DNA from: an uncultured Dehalococcoidaceae bacterium
Lineage (GTDB): Bacteria > Chloroflexota > Dehalococcoidia > Dehalococcoidales > RBG-16-60-22
Assembly: GCA_964598405.1 (NCBI GenBank)
Contig: CAZRBS010000002.1
Location: forward strand, 1-45,385
Direction of reading: 5' to 3'
DNA length: 45,385 nt
The position numbers and the translations under genes were made by a program. Within the stretch, counting starts at the first letter, position 1, and each line of letters opens with the position of its first letter. The notes under the pieces are model-generated. The model saw nothing but the letters and a program-made list of their open reading frames with translations, was not told the DNA's origin and did no database searches. This document shows positions 16,597-24,026 of the stretch, piece by piece.

Positions 16597-16712
16597 GCAA
16601 GAGCGTATGTTATCGTTCTTAGCATTGTGCTAGCCTCTTTCTCCTAACCTCACTTAACATTGGCATAGGTGGCGTAATCCGCTTCATACGCTTTGATTTT
16701 CGCCGCAGTTCG

Positions 16713-17126
16713 CTATGGCTGAGAAGCAGGGGAGCAGTGCTTTCTGGTCCAGTCGATTATTTCCGGGATGGGCGTGCCCGGCAGAAATATTTCCCTGATG
16801 CCGGCCTCTTTCAGGGCGAGGGTATCGTCTTCGGGGATAATGCCGCCGCCGATGATGGGAATATGGGTTGCGTTATTTTCTCTCAAAAGTTTTGCCACTG
16901 CGGTGAAGAGGTGCATGTGGGCGCCGGAAAGGCAGCTGAGGCCGATGAGGTCAACATCCTCCTGTATGGCGGCGCTGACTACCTGCTCCGGTGTCTGGTG
17001 CACGCCGGTGTAGACGACTTCGAAGCCGGCGTCCCGGTAGCCTCTGGCAACGATTCTGGCACCACGGTCATGTCCGTCCAGACCAACCTTGGCAATGAGG
17101 ATTTTCAGTTTCTTCTGCGGGCTCAT
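16713..17126 (-). CDS. Acyl-CoA (methylmalonyl-CoA-type) mutase, small B12-binding subunit
   Basis: The cobalamin-binding signature DxHxxG is present: [29 protein letters not shown]...[15 protein letters not shown] 17126 has a GGTGG SD 8 nt upstream; the track GTG at 17138 is the alternative. Confidence 0.9.
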   Translation of the reverse strand: MSPQKKLKILIAKVGLDGHDRGARIVARGYRDAGFEVVYTGVHQTPEQVVSAAIQEDVDLIGLSCLSGAHMHLFTAVAKLLRENNATHIPIIGGGIIPEDDTLALKEAGIREIFLPGTPIPEIIDWTRKHCSPASQP

Positions 17127-17162
17127 TTGTTTAACCACCAGCTGCGGCTATGACCGCCTTTT

Positions 17163-18839
17163 TTAGTAGAAACCGGGGTCCCGGTACTCTCCGAAAACTT
17201 CCCGGTAGACATCGCAGATTTCCTGCTCGGTGGCGTAGGCTCTTACTGCCTCAACCACGTAGGGCATCACGTTTTCACCGCTGCGGCAGGCAGTGCGGAG
17301 GTCATGGAGGGTCCGGGAGAGCCTCCGGTTGTCCCTGGTTTTCTTTACCTGCCGCAGCCTTTCTATCTGTTCCGCCTCCGTTTTCTCGTCAATCCTCAGG
17401 AAATCTATGGGGGTCTCTTCTCTGGTGACATATTTGTTCACCCCTACCAAGGGCCTCTCCATTTCGTCCACCTGCCGTTTGAAGTTATAGGCGGAGCGGG
17501 CAATCTCTCCCTGCGGGAACCCGCTGTCAATGGCGGCCAGCATTCCTCCCATCCGGTCAATCTTCTCAATATATGTCCAGGCCTCCTCTTCAATCTTGCT
17601 GGTTAACGCTTCCACGAAGTAAGACCCGGCAAGAGGGTCGATGGTGCTAATCACCCCGGTCTCTTCCGCCAGGACCTGCTGGGTGCGGAGGGCAAGGGTG
17701 GCGGCAAATTCGGTGGGCAGGGCAAATTCTTCATCGAAGGAGTTGGTGTGCAGGGACTGGGTTCCTCCCAGGACGGCGGCCAGAGCCTCGGTAGCCGTCC
17801 GCACGATGTTGTTATACGGCTGCTGATGGGTCAGCGAGCAGCCGGCGGTCTGGGTGTGGAACCGCATCCACCAGGAACGGGGATTCCTGGCTTTGAACCT
17901 GTCCTTCATTATTCTCGCCCACATCCTCCGGGCTGCCCTGAACTTGGCTATTTCTTCGAAGAAGTCCATGTGGGAATCGAAGAAGAAGGAGAGGCGGGGG
18001 GCGAAGGTGTCAACGTCCAGTTTCTTTCTCTCGATGACGTCTTGGACGTAGGCAATCCCGTCCGCCAGGGTAAAGGCCAGCTCCTGGACGGCGGTGGCGC
18101 CGGCTTCACGTATGTGGTACCCGCTGATGCTGATGGTGTTCCAGCGGGGGACGTATCTGGAACCGAACTCGATGGTGTCGCTGATGAGCCTTACGGAGGG
18201 TTCCGGGGGGCACATAAAGGTCTTCTGGGCGATGAACTCCTTCAGCATGTCGTTTTGGATTGTCCCTCCGACCCTGTCCCGGCTTACTCCCCGCTTTTCC
18301 GCAGCGACCAGGTACATTGCCCAGAGGACGCTTGCCGGAGGGTTGATGGTCATGGAGGTGGTTACCCTGTCCAGGGGGATGTTTTGCGTCAGGACTTCGA
18401 AATCAGCCAGGGAGTCGATAGCCACCCCGCACTTTCCCACCTCGGCGGCGGCTCTCGGGGAGTCGGAGTCATAACCCATCAGCGTGGGCAGGTCAAAAGC
18501 GGTGCTCAGCCCGGTCTCGCCCTCTTTCAGCAGCTGGTGCCATCTGCGGTTGGTATCTCTGGCCGTACCCAGGCCGGAGAACATCCGGAATGTCCATACT
18601 TTGCCCCGGTAGCCGGTAGCCTGACAGCCTCTGGTGAACGGGTAAAAGCCGGGATAGCCTATTCTGGTGGCGAAATCCAGGTCCCTGATATTTTCCGGGG
18701 TGTAGACCGGTTCTATTTCCAGGTCTGAAACGGTGGAAAACCGCTTTTTCGGGGCGAGGTTGTTATTGAGTTTTCTGGCCTCTTCTGCCCACTTCCTCAT
18801 CCCCCGGCGCACATCTTTAAGCGTCTTTTCGCTGAACAT
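17163..18839 (-). CDS. Acyl-CoA (methylmalonyl-CoA-type) mutase, large catalytic subunit
   Basis: The MCM TIM-barrel domain is present: YPGFYPFTRG, WTFRMFSGLGTA, TGLSTAFDLPTLMGYDSD, ISISGYHIREAGA, RFHTQTAG. ATG 18839 has the SD GAAGGTGG; the track GTG at 18851 is the alternative. Confidence 0.9.
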   Translation of the reverse strand: MFSEKTLKDVRRGMRKWAEEARKLNNNLAPKKRFSTVSDLEIEPVYTPENIRDLDFATRIGYPGFYPFTRGCQATGYRGKVWTFRMFSGLGTARDTNRRWHQLLKEGETGLSTAFDLPTLMGYDSDSPRAAAEVGKCGVAIDSLADFEVLTQNIPLDRVTTSMTINPPASVLWAMYLVAAEKRGVSRDRVGGTIQNDMLKEFIAQKTFMCPPEPSVRLISDTIEFGSRYVPRWNTISISGYHIREAGATAVQELAFTLADGIAYVQDVIERKKLDVDTFAPRLSFFFDSHMDFFEEIAKFRAARRMWARIMKDRFKARNPRSWWMRFHTQTAGCSLTHQQPYNNIVRTATEALAAVLGGTQSLHTNSFDEEFALPTEFAATLALRTQQVLAEETGVISTIDPLAGSYFVEALTSKIEEEAWTYIEKIDRMGGMLAAIDSGFPQGEIARSAYNFKRQVDEMERPLVGVNKYVTREETPIDFLRIDEKTEAEQIERLRQVKKTRDNRRLSRTLHDLRTACRSGENVMPYVVEAVRAYATEQEICDVYREVFGEYRDPGFY

Positions 18840-18904
18840 TGTTACTACCACCTTCTCCCATCTTTATGCCCGGAAGCGATATGGCAGCGCGGCGTGTGAG
18901 AGGC

Positions 18905-19444
18905 CTACTTTTCTTGCTTCCAGATATAGCCCTTGTTCAGGGCCTGCTTGTTTGCTTCCAGCAGGTTTTTGTTCTTGGTGAGAGTTTCCTCCATCACGGT
19001 GACAATGCTGGATGTTTCCACCGCCGGGCAGTTGGCGACCAGTGCCCCCAGGGCTACCAGATTGCCTACGGAGTCGTTTCCGGCTTCGGCAGCCAACTCG
19101 TTGGCGGGCACGTAGACGGCGCGAATATCGGCCCGCTTCACCTTTGCCGTAACCAGAGACCGGTTAACGATGAGCAGTCCGCCCGGCTTCACGCTGGGCT
19201 CGAATCTGGCAAAGGCAACTGGATTCATCGCGATGGCGGCAGTGGGACTGGTGATGAACATGGCTCCTATCTTCTCGTCAGAGATAATGATGTTGCACCA
19301 GACGGTGCCCCCCCTTTTTGCCGCTCCGTAAGATGGCACCCATACCACTTCCCGTTCTTCCCGCAGGCTTGCCTCAGCCAGAAGGCGGCCGATGAAAAGC
19401 ACTCCCTGTCCGCCAAAGCCGGCGATGGCTATTTCCTCATGCAC
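18905..19444 (-). CDS. 2-oxoacid:ferredoxin oxidoreductase, gamma subunit
   Basis: IAIAGFGGQGVLFIGRLLAEA... is a typical POR/KOR gamma N-terminus. It overlaps the beta subunit gene by 8 nt. Confidence 0.85.
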   Translation of the reverse strand: MHEEIAIAGFGGQGVLFIGRLLAEASLREEREVVWVPSYGAAKRGGTVWCNIIISDEKIGAMFITSPTAAIAMNPVAFARFEPSVKPGGLLIVNRSLVTAKVKRADIRAVYVPANELAAEAGNDSVGNLVALGALVANCPAVETSSIVTVMEETLTKNKNLLEANKQALNKGYIWKQEK

Positions 19445-20237
19445 CGCTGGCCTCCTTTTTCAGTGCCGCAACGGGTTCAGTAACTTTGAACTCACCGAGG
19501 GGATAGTGGGGAATCATGTTCTCCGCTATCCACCTGAGTGCCTCCACGGGCTCCAGTCTCCAGTTTGCCGGGCACGGCGATAGCACTTCCACCAGGGACA
19601 TGCCGAGCCCGGAGAGCTGGGTTTTGAAGGCGAGCTTTATTGCCTGCTTCGTTTTTCTAACCGAGGCCGGGTTATGTACGGACACTCTGGCGATATAGGC
19701 GGGGCCATCCAGCGTGGACAACATCTCGCAGACCCTGATGGGGTATCCAGCCAGGGAGGGTTTGCGTCCTCCGGGGGTTGAGGAAGAGTTCATACCGACG
19801 AGGGTGGTCGGGGCCATCTGCCCTCCGGTCATGCCGTAGATGGCGTTGTTGATAAAGATGGTGGTGATGTTTTCACCGCGAGCGCAGGCGTGCACTATTT
19901 CGGCAGTGCCGATGGCGGCCAGGTCTCCATCTCCCTGATAGGTGAAGGGGACCAGGTCGGGGTGGCATCTCTTGATGGCGGTGGCTACGGCCGGGGCACG
20001 CCCGTGTGATGACTCCAGGCCATCAAAGTTGAAGTAGTTATATGTAATGGCGGCACAGCCGACGGATGCCACGCATATTGCCCTTTCCTTGAGCTCCAGT
20101 TCATCGATGACCTCGGCGATAAGGCGGTGCACGATGCCGTGCCCGCACCCGGGGCAAAAGTGCAGGAGAGCGTCTGCCAGAGAGTCCGGCTTGCGGTAAA
20201 TGACCCTGTCCATTGCTGCGGTTTCCACTTTAACCAT
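19437..20237 (-). CDS. 2-oxoacid:ferredoxin oxidoreductase, beta (ThDP-binding) subunit
   Basis: FCPGCGHGI, GDGD...GT and IFINNAIYGMTGGQ are signatures of the OFOR beta subunit. ATG 20237 lies 1 nt after the alpha-subunit stop. The upstream 18 codons in the track overlap the alpha gene. Confidence 0.9.
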   Translation of the reverse strand: MVKVETAAMDRVIYRKPDSLADALLHFCPGCGHGIVHRLIAEVIDELELKERAICVASVGCAAITYNYFNFDGLESSHGRAPAVATAIKRCHPDLVPFTYQGDGDLAAIGTAEIVHACARGENITTIFINNAIYGMTGGQMAPTTLVGMNSSSTPGGRKPSLAGYPIRVCEMLSTLDGPAYIARVSVHNPASVRKTKQAIKLAFKTQLSGLGMSLVEVLSPCPANWRLEPVEALRWIAENMIPHYPLGEFKVTEPVAALKKEASGA

Positions 20238-20238
20238 G

Positions 20239-21303
20239 TCACCTGCCCCCCGTCTTGCTAAACATTTTCCTGATGGCTTCCAGTATCTCATCTGCCGGCA
20301 GAGGCACCCCGCCGTATTGATTGACCAGTTCCACCCGCCTGTCCAGGCCGACAGCCAGCTTTACATCTTCGATGAGTTGACCTGTGCTCAGCTCCGCGAC
20401 CAGGAAATTGTCCACTTTCCGGGCCAGCTTTGCCAGGAATGCGCTGGGGAAGGGGAAAAGGGTGATGGGGCGGAGCATTCCTACCGGCAGCCCTTCCTGG
20501 CGGGCCAGCCTCATCGCGGTCAGGGCGGAGCGGCTGGCGCTGCCATAGGCCACTATCACCAGCGAGGCGTCTTCCAGGTTGAGAGCTTCGTAACGCACCT
20601 CGTTCTTCTGTATTTCGTCCAGCTTCTGGAGCAGACGTTTGACCCGCGGCGGGAAATCGGCTGGCTCCATTTCCAGGGAGTAGAGCAGGTTCCTGGGACG
20701 GCCCCTGGTTCCGGTGATTGCCCAGGGCTTGTCGGGGAGTTCTTTAACCGGCTCCCGCATTACCACCGGTTCCATCGCCTGACCCAGAAAGCCGTCGGCA
20801 AGGACCACCACCGGGTTGCGGTATTTATCCGCCAGCTCGAAGGCGAGCATGGTGAGGTCCATCATTTCCTGCACTGAAGCCGGGGCCAGGTTGATGACGC
20901 GGTAATCACCGTGCCCTCCGCCTTTGGTAGCCTGAAAGTAGTCGCCCTGGGCGCCGCCGATGTCACCCAGTCCCGGCCCGCCCCGCATGACGTTCACTAT
21001 TACTCCGGGCAGTTCCACCCCCGCCATGTAGGAGATGCCCTCCTGCTGCAGGCTGAAGCCCGGGCTGGAGGTGGAGGTTATTGCCCGGCAGCCGGCCGCC
21101 GCCGCCCCGTAGACCATGTTTATGGCACCCAGCTCGCTCTCGGTCTGTACAAATACGCGCCCTTCCTCCGGCATGCGCTTTGACATCTGTTCCAGGATTT
21201 CATTCTGGGGTGTAATGGGGTAACCGAAGTAAGAGTGACATCCGGCCAGGATAGCGCCTTCAGCTATGGCGATGTTACCGGCCATTAAAATCCTTTTTGG
21301 CAT
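20239..21303 (-). CDS. 2-oxoacid:ferredoxin oxidoreductase, alpha subunit
   Basis: MAGNIAIAEGAILAGCHSYFGYPITPQNEI...ESELGAINMVYGAAAAGCRAITSTSSPG is an OFOR alpha signature. ATG 21303 (MPKRILM) follows the delta-subunit stop by 4 nt. The track's 46-codon N-terminal extension overlaps the delta gene. Confidence 0.9.
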   Translation of the reverse strand: MPKRILMAGNIAIAEGAILAGCHSYFGYPITPQNEILEQMSKRMPEEGRVFVQTESELGAINMVYGAAAAGCRAITSTSSPGFSLQQEGISYMAGVELPGVIVNVMRGGPGLGDIGGAQGDYFQATKGGGHGDYRVINLAPASVQEMMDLTMLAFELADKYRNPVVVLADGFLGQAMEPVVMREPVKELPDKPWAITGTRGRPRNLLYSLEMEPADFPPRVKRLLQKLDEIQKNEVRYEALNLEDASLVIVAYGSASRSALTAMRLARQEGLPVGMLRPITLFPFPSAFLAKLARKVDNFLVAELSTGQLIEDVKLAVGLDRRVELVNQYGGVPLPADEILEAIRKMFSKTGGR

Positions 21304-21307
21304 CGAT

Positions 21308-21592
21308 TCACTCCGCAAAATTTTGGTGGCTGCCAGGCTTGCTGGCGGGCGCGTTATCACGACGGAATACGGAAATGGCGACATCGGGGCACATAATGGC
21401 ACATACGGCACAGCCGGTGCATTCAGAGCCTTTCCCCTCAATAACTGTTGCCGGATTTTGCCCGCTCTGGTTTATGTGATTTGCCAGGCCGATAATCTTC
21501 CTGGGGCAGACGGAGATGCAGAGGGAACACCCTTTGCATCTTTCGGCATCAATAGTGATATAGGCTGACCCGCGGTTTTTTGGGCTTGCCAT
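21308..21592 (-). CDS. 2-oxoacid:ferredoxin oxidoreductase, delta subunit (2x[4Fe-4S] ferredoxin-like)
   Basis: It has two CxxCxxCxxxCP motifs (CKGCSLCISVCP; CTGCAVCAIMCP). It is the first gene of the delta-alpha-beta-gamma string. Confidence 0.85.
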   Translation of the reverse strand: MASPKNRGSAYITIDAERCKGCSLCISVCPRKIIGLANHINQSGQNPATVIEGKGSECTGCAVCAIMCPDVAISVFRRDNAPASKPGSHQNFAE

Positions 21593-21961
21593 TGCTTATG
21601 TCCCTCTTCGCCATGGGCTATGTAGAATCCATCGGAGTATTGACAAACTAAGCTGCTCCTAATCTAAATTATTGACAGAATGGTCAACATGTCAAGGGCA
21701 GCACTCTGGCTGAAAAAGGCACAATTTCCGCCACCAGAGTCTTTTTTGTCCCTTTATCCCTGAACTGGTGCACTGATACGATAACTGGTTACCGAAAAGC
21801 ACAGAAAAACGACGAGCGGGCAGCTTTTTGATAACTCTGGTATTATCGATTTTCAGCGAATACAATAATGTTTATTTTAGACCAGGAGGAGACGGGAATG
21901 CAAACGGCGCAATGAGCTGGTTTGACAGACGGAATATCCCCGTGCCATACTATTTTCCGCA

Positions 21962-22429
21962 ATGGATGAGCTGGACCACCGTATAATCGCAGAGCTGGCC
22001 GAAGATGCGCGGCGGAGCAGCGCCGAACTGGCGGACAAATTGGCCGTCAGCGAGACCACAGTTCGGCGCCGTATCCAGCACCTGAAAGAACGCGGCATCA
22101 TAACTTTCACCGTCGTTTCTGACCCTGCCAAGCTGGGGTATAATATCATTGCCCTGATTGCTCTGGAGGCAGACCTGAGCAGCCTGGACGCGGTTTCAGA
22201 ATCGCTGGCTAAGTGCCCCAACGTACGCTACGTGTCTCTCTGCACCGGGAACCATGATATTTTTGTGGGAGCCTGGTTTCATACGTCAGCCGAGCTGACC
22301 AGGTTCGTTAAGGACTACCTCGCCAGTATTCCCGGGATAAGGAAGAGTGAGACCTTTGTTATTTTAGATGTCCGGAAGGACGAGCTGGGCTGGCTACGGA
22401 GCCCGAAGCAGGCAAATGCCTCTGAATGA
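21962..22429 (+). CDS. Lrp/AsnC-family transcriptional regulator
   Basis: LDHRIIAELAEDARRSSAELADKLAVSETTVRRRIQHLKERGII is the HTH_AsnC signature, followed by a C-terminal RAM/AsnC_trans_reg-like domain. It is divergent from the OFOR operon. Confidence 0.9.
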   Translation: MDELDHRIIAELAEDARRSSAELADKLAVSETTVRRRIQHLKERGIITFTVVSDPAKLGYNIIALIALEADLSSLDAVSESLAKCPNVRYVSLCTGNHDIFVGAWFHTSAELTRFVKDYLASIPGIRKSETFVILDVRKDELGWLRSPKQANASE

Positions 22430-22469
22430 GCTTTTGCTCCGGCAGAGAGAGTTGCAGGGCTATCCCGTA

Positions 22470-23414
22470 CTAACCGGCCTTGCTTCTGGCGATAAATAGC
22501 TCCCACAATCTCTCGCCCAGTTCTTCTATGTAACGCCGGTTTTCAAGTTTTCCCCGCCATTCTTCGGGTATCAGGTCAACGCCGAGACAGGCACCGGAGA
22601 TGGCGCCGGTCATGGCTCCAATGGTGTCAGCGTCTCCTCCCAGGCTGATGGCGTGAAGCACTGCTGCGGCGAAGGAGCGGGGATGGGACAGGAAAGAGTA
22701 GATGGCGGCGGGCACTGAGTCAAAGGCAGCGATGCCGTTTCCCAGTTCCAGGACGGCTCTGGCTTTATCCGGCTGCCGTAAGAGCTCTTCTATTTTGGTC
22801 AGCTTTTCCCGGTAGATTTCTTCCGATGAGAAACTGACCAGCTGTGCCAGGAAGTGGCGGCGATTTAAGGCTGACGGTGACCTGACTCCCGTTGCCAGGG
22901 CAACGGCATAGGCCTGCAGGGCGGCGCCTTCCTGCCCCAGACGGTGGGCGTGGGTAATCAGGCTGGACTTGCAGGCAATTTCCCTCAGTGCTGCGGGGTC
23001 GTCGTGATAAAAAACGCCTATCGGGGAGACCCTCATCGCGGAGCCATTTCCGTAAGAGCCGCCGTGGTACAGGCTCCGTCCGGCTTCATTCCAGGCGGCA
23101 CCGGCTCTCACCAGCCGGAAGATGTGGGGCGGCCCCGGCCCGTAGCCGCGGTAAGGTTCCTGTTCATAATTTCTGACGAATGTCTGCGCCATATCTTTCC
23201 CGTCAAACCTTTTCATCCTGAGCAGGGACTCGGCGATGCCAATCGTCATGTGGGTATCATCGGTATAGGTTAAAAGCTTCTGCCTTTCCGCCGTTCTGGC
23301 AACTTCTTCCGGGCTGACCCCGCCAGATCCCTCAAAAGGCGCACCCAGTGAATCGCCGATAGCGGTACCAAGGAGGGCACCCAGGAACTTTGATTTCAAA
23401 GCCTGCTTATTCAT
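22470..23414 (-). CDS. ADP-ribosylglycohydrolase-family protein (DraG/ARH-like)
   Basis: GALLGTAIGDSLGAPFEG...YTDDTHMT...GGDADTIGAMTGAISGA are the binuclear-metal ARH signature motifs. Confidence 0.9.
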   Translation of the reverse strand: MNKQALKSKFLGALLGTAIGDSLGAPFEGSGGVSPEEVARTAERQKLLTYTDDTHMTIGIAESLLRMKRFDGKDMAQTFVRNYEQEPYRGYGPGPPHIFRLVRAGAAWNEAGRSLYHGGSYGNGSAMRVSPIGVFYHDDPAALREIACKSSLITHAHRLGQEGAALQAYAVALATGVRSPSALNRRHFLAQLVSFSSEEIYREKLTKIEELLRQPDKARAVLELGNGIAAFDSVPAAIYSFLSHPRSFAAAVLHAISLGGDADTIGAMTGAISGACLGVDLIPEEWRGKLENRRYIEELGERLWELFIARSKAG

Positions 23415-24026
23415 GAAGGTTCACCGCTTTGCACTTTTCTCCAATTATATCACCCGTTACCAGCCACGAAACAGGCCGGTGAGCGGTTCGGTAAAAAGCT
23501 GATAGGACTAAATAACTATGATACATAGCTATAAAGTACTATGACTTTCAGTGTTGTTTACATAATTGAAGGTGTAGACTGAAGCAAGAGTATTTAAGTA
23601 GGCGTACTTATGCTATATGAGTGAAAAGTACCTGCTTGATAAAACGTTATCTGCGGAGCGGGTGTTTGGTTGATAACTGTGCGGATGATGGCTCAGGTGA
23701 GCAGGAATGAAAGGTATGGAAAGTGGATTATGAAGAAAAGGCAGAAGAGCAGTTAATAAACGAAGTAACGGAACTGCGCCGGAGGCTTGCCGAGCTGCAA
23801 GCATTGGAGACAACGCAAGGTCAGACAGATGACTGCCCGGAAACGGACCTGAGATATAGAGCCTTCCGGTACCGGGCTATTTACATCAGACAGAGAGTTA
23901 GAGGCCTGCTGTGGCGTTGACGGGGTGGCTCCGGGCTGTGTAGCCGGTGGTCAGTCCTGACTCAGGTAAACGGGTGGCGCGCCTTTATCCTGTACCTGTT
24001 TGCGGGCGCGCAGAGTGTAACGTGAG

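Noticed and set aside
17748-18728. A 326-aa plus-strand ORF, plus other long antisense ORFs (for example 864..1565, 6285..6998, 9982..10692, 11271..12026, 20200..20877, 24405..25118, 25215..26069).
   Set aside because: All are antisense to, or out of frame with, genes carrying strong family signatures. They lack SDs and have skewed Gly/Arg/Pro composition. They are artefacts of GC-rich third-position bias.
23641-23649. AAAACGTTA upstream of the kinase operon matches the core of the 27847 repeat unit, hinting at autoregulation.
   Set aside because: It is a single 8-9-mer with no phased partner. The neighbouring GAAAAG is 18 nt away, not 11 or 22. One or two chance occurrences of an 8-mer are expected in 45 kb on two strands.
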